The position numbers and the translations under genes were made by a program. Of a stretch of 64,000 nucleotides of DNA, positions 1 to 15,000 are shown in pieces. The stretch is from the human T2T-CHM13v2.0 reference genome, Homo sapiens. The notes beneath the pieces are model-generated. The model saw only the letters and a list, made by a program, of their open reading frames with translations. It ran no database searches and had not been told where the DNA came from. Where the stretch lies: NCBI RefSeq assembly GCF_009914755.1, contig NC_060948.1. One strand, given 5' to 3'. Position 1 is the stretch's first letter. The number at the start of each line of letters is the position of its first letter.

Positions 1-1883
1 CGAATGAAATGGAATGGAAGAGAAAGGAATGGAATGAAATGGAATGGAAAGGATTCGAATGGAATGCAATCGAATGGAATGGAATCGAACGGAATGGAAT
101 AAAATGGAAGAAAACTGGCAAGAAATGGAATCGAAATGAATGGAGTGTTATGGAACGGACTCAAAAGGAATTGAATGTAATAGAATGGAGTGGAGTGGAC
201 TCGAATATAATGGACTGGAATGGAATGAAATCACATGGAATGGGAACGAATGGAATGGAATGGAAAGGAATGGAATCGAATGGAAAGGAATCGAATGGAA
301 GGGAATGAAATTGAATCAACAGGAATGGAAGGGAGTAGAATAGACGGTAATGGAATGGACTCGAATAGAATGGACACGAATGCTCAAATTGAATGGACTC
401 GAATGGAATGGAAACGAAAGGAATGTCATCGAATGGAATTGAATCGATTGGAATGAAATTGCATAGAATGGAGTGGAATCAAATGGAATTGAATCGAAAG
501 GAAAGGAAGCGAATGGACTGAAATGAAATGGAATGGAATTGAATGGAAAGTAATGCAATGGAATAGAACGGAACGAAATTTCACGGAATGGAATCAAACT
601 GAATGGAATCAAATCAATGGAATATAATCAAATGGAATGGAAAGGAATTGAATGGAGTAGATTGGATTGGATGGGATTGGAATGAAATGTACTGGAAAGG
701 ACACGAAATTCATGAAACGGAGTGGAATGAACTGGAACGGAATGGACTCGAATGGAATGGAATGTCATGGAATGGCATCAAATGGAATGGAATCGAATGC
801 GATGGAATGCTATGGAATGGAATGGAATGCATAGGAATGGAATGTCCTCTAATGGAATGTATTCGAGTGGAATGGAATCGAATATAATGGAGTCTAATGA
901 AATGGAATTGAAAGGAATGGGACCGAATACAATGGAATAAACTGGAATGTAATGTAATGAACTCGAATGTAATTGACTGGAATGGAATGTACATGAATGG
1001 AATGTAATCGAATGGAAAGCAATCCAATGGAATAGAATCTAATGCAATAAAATCGACTCAAATAGAGTAGAATGTAATGGAATGGAGTGCAGTGCAATGG
1101 AATGGAATGGAATGCAACGGAATGGAATGGAATGGAATGGAATGGGATGGAATGGTATGGAATGGATAGTAATGGACTGGAGTGAAATGGACTGGAAAAG
1201 AATGGACTCAAATTGAAAGGGCTCGAAAGGAATGGAGTCAAATGGAATGGTCTGGAATGGAATGAACACGAATGTAATGCAATCCAATAGAAGGGAATCG
1301 AATGGCATAGAATATAAAGAAATGGAATCGAAGAGAATGGAAACAAATGGAATGGAATTGAATGGAATGGAATTGAATGGAATGGGAAGGAATGGAGTGA
1401 AATTGTATGCAGTAGAAGAGAATAGAATGGAATGCAAGCGAAAGGAAAGGAATGGATTGGAATGGAATGGAATTCATTGGAATGGAAGGGAATGTAGTGT
1501 AATGGACAGGCCTGGAATAAAGTGGAATGCTACGGTCTCGAATGGAATAAAAATGTATGGAATGGAATGCAATGAAACGGAATCGAATGTCATAGAATGT
1601 AATGGAATGCAAAAAAATGGACTCCAAAATCATTGACTGGAAAGGCTGGGTGTCGAAAGGAATTGACTCCAATGGAATGGAATCGAATGGAATGGAAGTG
1701 AATAGAATCGAACTAAATCGAATGGAATGGAATTGATAGGAACGGAATGGAAAGGAATGCAATGATTTGGCATGGAATGGAATCGAAAGGCATCGAATGG
1801 AATGGAATGGAATGCAATGGAATGGAATGTATTAGAATGTAATGAACATTAATGGAAAGTACTCGAATGGATTCGACTGGAAT

Positions 1884-1898
1884 GGAATGTTCTGGAAG
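1884..1898. promoter_or_regulatory. Perfect three-unit heat shock element motif HSE-1, repeated once per unit
   Basis: gGAAt gTTCt gGAAg matches nGAAn-nTTCn-nGAAn. It is present in 17 of 18 units and disrupted near 30260 (gttctgtaag). Motif match only; binding is not shown. Confidence 0.5.
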
Positions 1899-2138
1899 TG
1901 AATGGACTCCAATGGAATGGATTTGAAAGGAATGGAATCGAACGGAATGGAATTAAACGGAAATGAATCAAATAGAATAGAACGGAATTGAATTGAATGG
2001 AATCGAATGCAATGGAATCTAATGAAACGGAAAGGAATGGAATGGAATGGGCTGGAATGGAAAGGAATCGAAACGAATGGAATGGAATCGAACTGAAGAG
2101 ACTGGAATGGAATGCACTGGAATGGAAGGGAATATAAT

Positions 2139-2153
2139 GGAAGGTTCTCGAAA
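2139..2153. promoter_or_regulatory. Perfect three-unit heat shock element motif HSE-2, repeated once per unit
   Basis: gGAAg gTTCt cGAAa. The variant gTTCc cGAA in the 44.8/48.3/55.4/59.0 kb copies changes only a spacer base. Motif match only. Confidence 0.5.
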
Positions 2154-3174
2154 AAAATGGAATCGAAAGGAATGGAATTGAATGGAACGGAATAGAGTCG
2201 AATGGAATTCAATGGAATGGAATGGACTAGAGTGAAATGGAATCGAACCACAAGGAATGGACAGGAATAGAATGGTCTCGAATTGAATGGAATCGTATGG
2301 AATGGCATCAAACGGAATGGAATGGACGGCCACGGAATGGAATGCACTCGAATGCAATGGAGTCGAAACTAATGGACTGGAATAGAATGGACTCGACTGG
2401 TACGGACTCCAATGGAATGGAATCGAATGGAAGGGAATCGAACGGAAGGGAATCGAACGGAATGGACTCGAAGGGAAAAGACTGCAATGGAAAGGTCTCG
2501 AATGGAATGGAAATTAATGGAATGGAATGGAATCGAATGAAATGGAGTCAAAAGGAATGGAATCGAATGGCAAGAAATCGAATGTAATGGAATCGCAAGG
2601 AATTGATGTGAACGGAACGGAATGGAATGGAATCCAAAGGAATGGAATAGAATGGAATGGAATCGAATGGAAAGGACTCGAATGGAAATCACTCGAATAG
2701 AATGCAATTTAATAAAATAGGATCAAATGTAATGGAATGGAATGGAAAGGAATCGAAACGAAAGGAATGGAGACAGATGGAATGGAATGGAACAGAGAGC
2801 AATGGTATAGAATGGAATGGAATCATCTGGAATGGAATTGAATGGAATGGAATAATATGAAATGGAATGGAATGGAATGGAATGTCCTTGAATTAAATGG
2901 ACTGGAATGGAATGGACTCGAACAGCGTGGAATGGAAAGTGTTGAAATAGAATGGAATGGACTCGTTTGGAATGGTGTAGTATGCAATGCAATCGACTGG
3001 CAGGGAATCAAAAGGAATGTAATCGAATGGATTGGACTGGAATGCAATGGACTCGAATAGATTGGAAACGGAATGCAAAGGAATGGAATGGAATAGTATG
3101 GAATGGAATGGAAAGGAATGGAGTGGAATAGACTAGAGTGGAATGGAATGGACTCGAAAGCAATGGACTGGAAT

Positions 3175-3189
3175 GGAACTTTCTTGAAT
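3175..3189. promoter_or_regulatory. Perfect three-unit heat shock element motif HSE-3, repeated once per unit
   Basis: gGAAc tTTCt tGAAt. The variant gGAAg tTTCt near 28010 changes only a spacer base. Motif match only. Confidence 0.5.
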
Positions 3190-3324
3190 GGACTGGAATC
3201 AAACGGAATGGAATGCAATGCAATCAAATGGCATGGAATAAAATAGAATGAAAGAGAATCAAATGGAATTGAATCGAATGGAATCGAATGGATTGGAAAG
3301 GAATAGAATGGAATGGAATGGAAT

Positions 3325-3331
3325 TGACTCA
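3325..3331. promoter_or_regulatory. AP-1 consensus TGACTCA, present in 11 of 18 units
   Basis: Exact TGACTCA in gaattgactcaaatgg. Motif match only. Confidence 0.3.
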
Positions 3332-6049
3332 AATGGAATGGACTAGAATGGAATGGATTCGAATGGAAGGCAAAGGAATGGAATCTATTGGAATGGACTG
3401 TAATGGAATGGAATGGAAGGGATTGGAATGGACTCGAATGGAATGGACTGCAATAGAAAGGATTCGAATGGAATGAAAAAGAATTGAATGGAATAGAACA
3501 GAATGGAATCAAACCTCATGAAATAGAATGGAATAGAAAGGAATGGAATGAAATCGAATGGAAAGGATTCGAATGGAATGCAATCGAATGGAATGCAATC
3601 GAATGGAATGGAATCGAACGGAATGGAATAAAATGGAAGAAAACTGGCAAGAAATGGAATCGAAATGAATGGAGTGTTAAGGAACGGACTCAAAAGGAAT
3701 TGAATGTAATAGAATGGAGTGGAGTGGACTCGAATATAATGGACTGGAATGGAATGAAATCACATGGAATGGGAACGAATGGAATGGAATGGAAAGGAAT
3801 GGAATCGAATGGAAAGGAATCGAATGGAAGGGAATGAAATTGAATCAACAGGAATGGAAGGGAATAGAATAGACGGTAATGGAATGGACTCGAATAGAAT
3901 GGACACGAATGCTCAAATTGAATGGACTCGAATGGAATGGAAATGAAAGGAATGTCATCGAATGCAATTCAATCGATTGGAATGAAATCGCATAGGATGG
4001 AGTGGAATCAAATGGAATTGAATCGAAAGGAAAAGAAGCGAATTGACTGAAATGAAATGGAATGGAATTGAATGGAAAGTAATGCAACGGAATAGAATGG
4101 AATGAAATTTCACGGAATGGAATCAAACTGAATGGAATCAAATCAATGGAATATAATCAAATGGAATGGAAAGGAATTGAATGGAGTAGATTGTATTGGA
4201 TGGGATTGGAATGAAATGTACTGGAAAGGACTCGAATTTCATGAAACGGAATGGAATGTATTAGAACGGAATGGACTCGAATGGAATTGAATGTCACGGA
4301 ATGGCATCAAATGGAATGGCATCAATTGGAATGGAATCGAATGCAATGGAATGCTATGGAATGGAATGGAATGCATTGGAATGGAATGTCCTCTAATGGA
4401 ATGGATTCGAGTGGAATGGAATCGAATATAATGGAGTCTAATGAAATGGAATTGAAAGGAATGGGATCCAATACAATGGAATATACTGGAATGTAATGTA
4501 ATGAACTCGAATGTAATTGACTGGAATGGAATGTACATGAGTGGAATGTAATCGAATGGAAATAATCCAATGGAATAGAATCTAATGCAATAAAATCGAC
4601 TCAAATAGAGTAGAATGTAATGGAATGGAGTGCAGTGCAATGGAATGGAATGGAATGGGATGGAATGGTATGGAATGGATAGTAATGGACTGGAGTGAAA
4701 TGGACTGGAAAATAATGGACTCAAATTGAAAGGGCTCGAAAGGAATGGAGTCAAATGGAATGGTGTGGAATGGAATGAACACGAATGTAATGCAATCCAA
4801 TAGAATGGAATCGAATGGCATGGAATATAAAGAAATGGAATCGAAGAGAATGGAAACAAATGGAATGGAATTGAATGGAATGGAATTGAATGGAATGGGA
4901 ACGAATGGAGTGAAATTCTATGCAGTAGAAGAGAATAGAATGGAATGCAAGCGAAAGGAAAGGAATGGATTGGAATGGAATGGAATTCATTGGAATGGAA
5001 GGGAATGTAGTGTAATGGACAGGCCTGTAATAAAGTGGAATGCTACGGTCTCGAATGGAATAAAAATGTATGGAATGGAATGCAATGAAACGGAATCGAA
5101 TGTCATAGAAGTAATGGAATGCAAAAAAATGGACTCCAAAATCATTGACTGGAAAGGCTGGGTGTCGAAAGGAATTTACTCCAATGGAATGGAATCGAAT
5201 GGAATGGAAGTGAATAGAATCGAACTAAATCGAATGGAATGGAATTGATAGGAACGGAATGGAAAGGAATGCAATGATTTCGCATGGAATGGAATCGAAT
5301 GGCATCGAATGGAATGGAATGGAATGCAATGGAATGGAATGTATTAAAATGTAATGAACTTTAATGGAATGTACTCGAATGGATTCGACTGGAATGGAAT
5401 GTTCTCGAAGTGAATGGACTCCAATGGAATGGATTCGAAAGGAATGGAATCTAATGGAATGGAATTAAATGGAAATGAATCAAATTGAATAGAACGGAAT
5501 TGAATTGAATGGAATCGAATGCAATGGAATCTAATGAAACGGAAAGGAAAGGAATGGAATGGAATGGGCTGGAATGGAATGGAATCGAAACGAATGGAAT
5601 GGAATCGAACTGAAGAGACTGGAATGGAATACACTGGAATGGAAGGGAATGTAATGGAAGGTTCTCGAAAAAAATGTAATTGAAAGGAATGGAATTGAGT
5701 GGAACGGAATAGAGTCGAATGGAATTCAATGGAATGGAATGGACTAGAGTGAAATGGAATCGAACCACAAGGAATGGACAGGAATAGAATGGTCTCGAAT
5801 TGAATGGAATCGTATGGAATGGCATCAAACGGAATGGAATGGACAGCCACGGAATGGAATGCACTCGAATGCAATGGAGTCGAAACTAATGGACTGGAAT
5901 AGAATGGACTCGACTGGTACGGACTCCAATGGAATGGAATCGAATGGAAGGGAATCGAACGGAATGGACTCGAAGGGAAAAGACTGCAATGGAAAGGTCT
6001 CGAATGGAATGGAAATTAATGGAATGGAATGGAATCGAATGAAATGGAG

Positions 6050-9000
6050 TCAAAAGGAATGGAATCGAATGGCAAGAAATCAAATGTAATGGAATCGCAA
6101 GGAATTGATGTGAACGGAACGGAATGGAATGGAATCCAAAGGAATGGAATAGAATGGAATGGAATCGAATGGAAAGGACTCGAATGGAAATCACTCGAAT
6201 AGAATGCAATTTAATAAAATAGGATCAAATGTAATGGAATGGAATGGAAAGGAATCGAAACGGAAGGAATGGAGACCGATGGAATGGAATGGAACAGAGA
6301 GCAATGGTATAGAATGGAATGGAATCATCTGGAATGGAATTGAATGGAATGGAATAATATGAAATGGAATGGAATGGAATGGAATGGAATGCCCTTGAAT
6401 TAAATGGACTGGAATGGAATGGACTCGAACAGAGTGGAATGGAAAGTGTTGAGATAGAATGGAATGGACTCCTTTGGAATGGTGTAGTATGCAATGTAAT
6501 CGACTGGCAGGGAATCAAAAGGAATGTAATGGAATGGATTGGACTGGAATGCAATGGACTCGAATAGATTGGAAACGGAATGCAAAGGAATGGAATGGAA
6601 TAGTATGGAATGGAATGGAAAGGAATGGAGTGGAATAGACTAGAGTGGAATGGAATGGACTGGAAAGCAATGGACTGGAATGGAACTTTCTTGAATGGAC
6701 TGGAATCAAACGGAATGGAATGCAATGCAATCAAATGGCATGGAATAAAATAGAATGAAAGAGAATCAAATGGAATTGAATCGAATGGAATCGAATGGAT
6801 TGGAAAGGAATAGAATGGAATGGAATGGAATTGACTCAAATGGAATGGACTAGAATGGAATGGATTCGAATGGAAGGCAAAGGAATGGAATCTATTGGAA
6901 TGGAATGTAATGGAATGGAATGGAAGGGATTGGAATGGACTCGAATGGAATGGACTGCAATAGAAAGGATTCGAATGGAATGAAAAAGAATTGAATGGAA
7001 TAGAACAGAATGGAATCAAATCGAATGAAATGGAATGGAATAGAAAGGAATGGAATGAAATGGAATGGAAAGGATTCGAATGGAATGCAATCGAATGGAA
7101 TGGAATCGAACGGAATGGAATAAAATGGAAGAAAACTGGCAAGAAATGGAATCGAAATGAATGGAGTGTTATGGAACGGACTCAAAAGGAATTGAATGTA
7201 ATAGAATGGAGTGGAGTGGACTCGAATATAATGGACTGGAATGGAATGAAATCACATGGAATGGGAACGAATGGAATGGAATGGAAAGGAATGGAATGGA
7301 ATGGAAAGGAATCGAATGGAAGGGAATGAAATTGAATCAACAGGAATGGAAGGGAATAGAATAGACGGTAATGGAATGGACTCGAATAGAATGGACACGA
7401 ATGCTCAAATTGAATGGACTCGAAAGGAATGGAAAGGAAAGGAATGTCATCGAATGGAATTGAATCGATTGGAATGAAATCGCATAGAATGGAGTGGAAT
7501 CAAATGGAATTGAATCGAAAGGAAAGGAAGCGAATGGACTGAAATGAAATGGAATGGAATTGAATGGAAAGTAATGCAATGGAATAGAATGGAACGAAAT
7601 TTCACGGAATGGAATCAAACTGAATGGAATCAAATCAATGGAATCTAATCAAATGGAATGGAAAGGAATTGAATGGAGTAGATTGGATTGGATGGGATTG
7701 GAATGAAATGTACTGGAAAGGACTCGAATTTCATGAAACGGAATGGAATGAATTGGAACGGAATGGACTCGAATGGAATGGAATGCCATCGAATGGCATC
7801 AAATGGAATGGCATCAAATGGAATGGAATCGAATGCAATGGAATGCTATGGAATGGAATGGAATGCATTGGAATGGAATGTCCTCTAATGGAATGGATTC
7901 GAGTGGAATGGAATCGAATATAATGGAGTCGAATGAAATGGAATTGAAAAGAATGGGATCGAATACAATGGAATATACTGGAATGTAATGTAATGAACTC
8001 GAATGTAATTGACTGGAATGGAATGTACATGAATGGAATGTAATCGAATGGAAAGTAATCCAATGGAATAGAATCTAATGCAATAAAATCGACTCAAATA
8101 GAGTAGAATGTAATGGAATGGAGTGCAGTGCAATGGAATGCAATGGAATGGAATGGAATGGAATGGAATGGGATGGAATGGTATGGAATGGATAGTAATG
8201 GACTGGAGTGAAATGGACTGGAAAGGAATGGACTCAAATTGAAAGGGCTCGAAAGTAATGGAGTCAAATGGAATGGTCTGGAATGGAATGAACACGAATG
8301 TAATGCAATCCAATAGAATGGAATCGAATGGCATGGAATATAAAGAAATGGAATCGAAGAGAATGGAAACAAATGGAATGGAATTGAATGGAATGGAATT
8401 GAATGGAATGGGAACGAATGGAGTGAAATTGTATGCAGTAGAAGAGAATAGAATGGAATGCAAGCGAAAGGAAAGGAATGGATTGGAATGGAATGGAATT
8501 CATTGGAATGGAAGGGAATGTAGTGTAATGGACAGGCCTGGAATAAAGTGGAATGCTACGGTCTCGAATGGAATAAAAATGTATGGAATGGAATGCAATG
8601 AAACGGAATCGAATGTCGTAGAATGTAATGGAATGCAAAAAATGGAATCCAAAATCATTGACTGGAAAGGCTGGGTGTCGAAAGGAATTGACTCCAATGG
8701 AATGGAATCGAATGGAATGGAAGTGAATAGAATCGAACTAAATCGAATGGAATGGAATTGATAGGAACGGAATGGAAAGGAATGCAATGATTTGGCATGG
8801 AATGGAATCGAATGGCATCGAATGGAATGGAATGGAATGCAATGGAATGGAATGTGTTAGAATGTAATGAACTTTAATGGAATGTACTCGAATGGATTCG
8901 ACTGGAATGGAATGTTCTGGAAGTGAATGGACTCCAATGGAATGGATTCAAAAGGAATGGAATCGTACGGAATGGAATCTAATGGAATGGAATTAAATGG

Positions 9001-12000
9001 AAATGAATCAAATGGAATAGCACGGAATTGAATTGAATGGAATGGAATGCAATGGAATCTAATGAAACGGAAAGGAAAGGAATGGAATGGAATGGAATGG
9101 GCCTGAATGGAAAGGAATCGAAATGAATGGAATAGAATCGAACTGAAGAGACTGGAATGGAATGCACTGGAATGGAAGGGACTGTAATGGAAGGTTCTCG
9201 AAAAAAATGGAATGGAATGGAATGGAATTGAATGGAACGGAATAGAGTCGAATGCAATTGAATGGAATGGAATGGACTAGAGTGAAATGGAATCGTACCA
9301 CAAGGAATGGACAGGAATAGAATGGTCTCGAATTGAATGGAATCGTATGGAATGGCATCAAACGGAATGGAATGGACAGCCACGGAATGGAATGCACTCG
9401 AATGCAATGGAGTCGAAACTAATGGACTGGAATAGAATGGACTCGACTGGTACGGACTCCAATGGAATGGAATCGAATGGAAGGGAATCGAACGGAATGG
9501 ACTCGAAGGGAAAAGACTGCAATGGAAAGGTCTCGAATGGAATGGAAATTAATGGAATGGAATGGAATCGAATGAAATGGAGTCAAAAGGAATGGAATCG
9601 AATGGCAAGAAATCGAATGTAATGGAATCACAAGGAATTGATGTGAACGGAACGGAATGGAATGGAATCCAAAGGAATGGAATAGAATGGAATGGAATCG
9701 AATGGAAAGGACTCGAATGGAAATCACTCGAATAGAATGCAATTTAATAAAATAGGATCAAATGTAATGGAATGGAATGGAAAGGAATCGAAACGAAAGG
9801 AATGGAGACAGATGGAATGGAATGGAACAGAGAGCAATGGTATAGAATGGAATGGAATCATCTGGAATGGAATTGAATGGAATGGAATAATATGAAATGG
9901 AATGGAATGGAATGGAATGGAATGGAATGCCCTTGAATTAAATGGAATGGACTCGAACAGAGTGGAATGGAAAGTGTTGAGATAGCATGGAATGGACTCC
10001 TTCGGAATGGTCTAGTATGCAATGCAATCGACTGGCAGGGAATCAAAAGGAATGTAATCGAATGGATTGGACTGGAATGCAATGGACTCGAATAGATTGG
10101 AAACGGAATGCAAAGGAATGGAATGGAATAGTATGGAATGGAATGGAAAGGAATGGAGTGGAATAGACTAGAGTGGAATGGAATGGACTGGAAAGCAATG
10201 GACTGGAATGGAACTTTCTTGAATGGACTGGAATCAAACGGAATGGAATGCAATGCAATCAAATGGCATGGAATAAAATAGAATGAAAGAGAATCAAATG
10301 GAATTGAATCGAATGGAATCGAATGGATTGGAAAGGAATAGAATGGAATGGAATGGAATTGACTCAAATGGAATGGACTAGAATGGAATGGATTCGAATG
10401 GAAGGCAAAGGAATGGAATCTATTGGAATGGACTGTAATGGAATGGAATGGAAGGGATTGGAATGGACTCGAATGGAATGGACTGCAATAGAAAGGATTC
10501 GAATGGAATGAAAAAGAATTGAATGGAATAGAACAGAATGGAATCAAATCGAATGAAATGGAATGGAATAGAAAGGAATGGAATGAAATGGAATGGAAAG
10601 GATTCGAATGGAATGCAATCGAATGGAATGGAATCGAACGGAATGGAATAAAATGGAAGAAAACTGGCAAGAAATGGAATCGAAATGAATGGAGTGTTAT
10701 GGAACGGACTCAAAAGGAATTGAATGTAATAGAATGGAGTGGAGTGGACTCGAATATAATGGACTGGAATGGAATGAAATCACATGGAATGGGAACGAAT
10801 GGAATGGAATGGAAAGGAATGGAATGGAATGGAAAGGAATCGAACGGAAGGGAATGAAATTGAATCAACAGGAATGGAAGGGAAAAGAATAGACGGTAAT
10901 GGAATGGACTCGAATAGAATGGACACGAATGCTCAAATTGAATGGACTCGAAAGGAATGGAAAGGAAAGGAATGTCATCGAATGGAATTGAATCGATTGG
11001 AATGAAATCGCATAGAATGGAGTGGAATCAAATGGAATTGAATCGAAAGGAAAGGAAGCGAATGGACTGAAATGAAATGGAATGGAATTGAATGGAAAGT
11101 AATGCAATGGAATAGAATGGAACGAAATTTCACGGAATGGAATCAAACTGAATGGAATCAAATCAATGTAATCTAATCAAATGGAATGGAAAGGAATTGA
11201 ATGGAGTAGATTGGATTGGATGGGATTGGAATGAAATGTACTGGAAAGGACTCGAATTTCATGAAACGGAATGGAATGAATTGGAACGGAATGGACTCGA
11301 ATGGAATGGAATGTCATCGAATGGCATCAAATGGAATGGCATCAAATGGAATGGAATCGAATGCAATGGAATGCTATGGAATGGAATGGAATGCATTGGA
11401 ATGGAATGTCCTCTAATGGAATGGATTCGAGTGGAATGGAATCGAATATAATGGAGTCGAATGAAATGGAATTGAAAAGAATGGGATCGAATACAATGGA
11501 ATATACTGGAATGTAATGTAATGAACTCGAATGTAATTGACTGGAATGGAATGTACATGAATGGAATGTAATCGAATAGAAAGTAATCCAATGGAATAGA
11601 ATGTAATGCAATAAAATCGACTCAGATAGAGTAGAATGTAATGGAATGGAGTGCAGTGCAATGGAATGGAATGGAATGGAATGCAATGGAATGGAATGGA
11701 ATGGAATGGAATGGGATGGAATGGTATGGAATGGATAGTAATGGACTGGAGTGAAATGGACTGGAAAGGAATGGACTCAAATTGAAAGGGCTCGAAAGGA
11801 ATGGAGACAAATGGAATGGTCTGGAATGGAATGAACACGAATGTAATGCAATCCAATAGAATGGAGTCGAATGGCAGGGAATATAAAGAAATGGAATCGA
11901 AGAGAATGGAAACAAACGGAATGGAATTGAATGGAATGGAATTGAATGGAATGGGAACGAATGGAGTGAAATTGTATGCAGTAGAAGAGAATAGAATGGA

Positions 12001-15000
12001 ATGCAAGCGAAAGGAAAGGAATGGATTGGAATGGAATGGAATTCATTGGAATGGAAGGGAATGTAGTGTAATGGACAGGCCTGGAATAAAGTGGAATGCT
12101 ACGGTCTCGAATGGAATAAAAATGTATGGAATGGAATGCAATGAAACGGAATCGAATGTCATAGAATGTAATGGAATGCAAAAAAATGGAATCCAAAATC
12201 ATTGACTGGAAAGGCTGGGTGTCGAAAGGAATTGACTCCAATGGAATGGAATCGAATGGAATGGAAGTGAATAGAATCAAACTAAATCGAATGGAATGGA
12301 ATTGATAGGAACGGAATGGAAAGGAATGCAATGATTTGGCATGGAATGGAATCGAATGGCATCGAATGGAATGGAATGGAATGCAATGGAATGGAATGTA
12401 TTAGAATGTAATGAACTTTAATGGAATGTACTCGAATGGATTCGACTGGAATGGAATGTTCTGGAAGTGAATGGACTCCAATGGAATGGATTCAAAAGGA
12501 ATGGAATCGTACGGAATGGAATCTAATGGAATGGAATTAAATGGAAATGAATCAAATTGAATAGCACGGAATTGAATTGAATGGAATCGAATGCAATGGA
12601 ATCTAATGAAACGGAAAGGAAAGGAATGGAATGGAATGGAATGGGCTGGAATGGAAAGGAATCGAAACGAATGGAATGGAATCGAACTGAAGAGACTGGA
12701 ATGGAATGCACTGGAATGGAAGGGAGTGTAATGGAAGGTTCTCGAAAAAAATGGAATCGAATGGAATGGAATTGAATGGAACGGAATAGAGTCGAATGGA
12801 ATTGAATGGAATGGAATGGACTAGAGTGAAATGGAATCGAACCACAAGGAATGGACAGGAATAGAATGGTCTCGAATTGAATGGAATCGTATGGAATGGT
12901 CAAACGGAATGGAATGGACAGTCACGGAATGGAATGCACTCGAATGCAATGGAGTCGAAACTAATGGACTGGAATAGAATGGATTCGACTGGTACGGACT
13001 CCAATGGAATGGAATCGAATGGAAGGGAATCGAACGGAATGGACTCGAAGGGAAAAGACTGCAATGGAAAGGTCTCGAATGGAATGGAAATTAATGGAAT
13101 GGAATGGAATCGAATGAAATGGAGTCAAAAGGAATGGAATCGAATGGCAAGAAATCAAATGTAATGGAATCGCAAGGAATTGATGTGAACGGAACGGAAT
13201 GGAATGGAATCCAAAGGAATGGAATAGAATGGAATGGAATCGAATGGAAAGGACTCGAATGGAAATCACTCGAATAGAATGCAATTTAATAAAATAGGAT
13301 CAAATGTAATGGAATGGAATGGAAAGGAATCGAAACGAAAGGAATGGAGACCGATGGAATGGAATGGAACAGAGAGCAATGGTATAGAATGGAATGGAAT
13401 CATCTGGAATGGAATTGAATGGAATGGAATAATATGAAATGGAATGGAATGGAATGGAATGGAATGCCCTTGAATTAAATGGACTGGAATGGAATGGACT
13501 CGAACAGAGTGGAATGGAAAGTGTTGAGATAGAATGGAATGGACTCCTTTGGAATGGTGTAGTATGCAATGTAATCGACTGGCAGGGAATCAAAAGGAAT
13601 GTAATCGAATGGATTGGACTGGAATGCAATGGACTCGAATAGATTGGAAACGGAATGCAAAGGAATGGAATGGAATAGTATGGAATGGAATGGAAAGGAA
13701 TGGAGTGGAATAGACTAGAGTGGAATGGAATGGACTGGAAAGCAATGGACTGGAATGGAACTTTCTTGAATGGACTGGAATCAAACGGAATGGAATGCAA
13801 TGCAATCAAATGGCATGGAATAAAATAGAATGAAAGAGAATCAAATGGAATTGAATCGAATGGAATCGAATGGATTGGAAAGGAATAGAATGGAATGGAA
13901 TGGAATTGACTCAAATGGAATGGACTAGAATGGAATGGATTCGAATGGAAGGCAAAGGAATGGAATCTATTGGAATGGAATGTAATGGAATGGAATGGAA
14001 GGGATTGGAATGGACTCGAATGGAATGGACTGCAATAGAAAGGATTCGAATGGAATGAAAAAGAATTGAATGGAATAGAACAGAATGGAATCAAATCGAA
14101 TGAAATGGAATGGAATAGAAAGGAATGGAATGAAATGGAATGGAAAGGATTCGAATGGAATGCAATCGAATGGAATGGAATCGAACGGAATGGAATAAAA
14201 TGGAAGAAAACTGGCAAGAAATGGAATCGAAATGAATGGAGTGTTATGGAACGGACTCAAAAGGAATTGAATGTAATAGAATGGAGTGGAGTGGACTCGA
14301 ATATAATGGACTGGAATGGAATGAAATCACATGGAATGGGAACGAATGGAATGGAATGGAAAGGAATGGAATGGAATGGAAAGGAATCGAATGGAAGGGA
14401 ATGAAAATGAATCAACAGGAATGGAAGGGAATAGAATAGACGGTAATGGAATGGACTCGAATAGAATGGACACGAATGCTCAAATTGAATGGACTCGAAA
14501 GGAATGGAAAGGAAAGGAATGTCATCGAATGGAATTGAATCGATTGGAATGAAATCGCATAGAATGGAGTGGAATCAAATGGAATTGAATCGAAAGGAAA
14601 GGAAGCGAATGGACTGAAATGAAATGGAATGGAATTGAATGGAAAGTAATGCAATGGAATAGAATGGAACGAAATTTCACGGAATGGAATCAAACTGAAT
14701 GGAATCAAATCAATGGAATCTAATCAAATGGAATGGAAAGGAATTGAATGGAGTAGATTGGATTGGATGGGATTGGAATGAAATGTACTGGAAAGGACTC
14801 GAATTTCATGAAACGGAATGGAATGAATTGGAACGGAATGGACTCGAATGGAATGGAATGTCATCGAATGGCATCAAATGGAATGGCATCAAATGGAATG
14901 GAATAGAATGCAATGGAATGCTATGGAATGGAATGGAATGCATTGGAATGGAATGTCCTCTAATGGAATGGATTCGAGTGGAATGGAATCGAATATAATG

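Noticed and set aside
655-685. G-rich gattggattggatgggattgg as a G-quadruplex
   Set aside because: Mostly GG runs with a single GGG. At best a weak two-tier motif, no stronger than the satellite background.
570-720. gaaatttcacgg and gaatttcatgaa as further heat shock elements
   Set aside because: These have only two correctly spaced units or wrong spacing, so they were not counted as canonical HSEs.
2705-2725. AT-rich tttaataaaatagg and several AATAAA hexamers per unit as TATA or poly(A) signals
   Set aside because: AATAAA arises easily from GGAAT variants, and no downstream GU-rich element or transcript evidence is visible.
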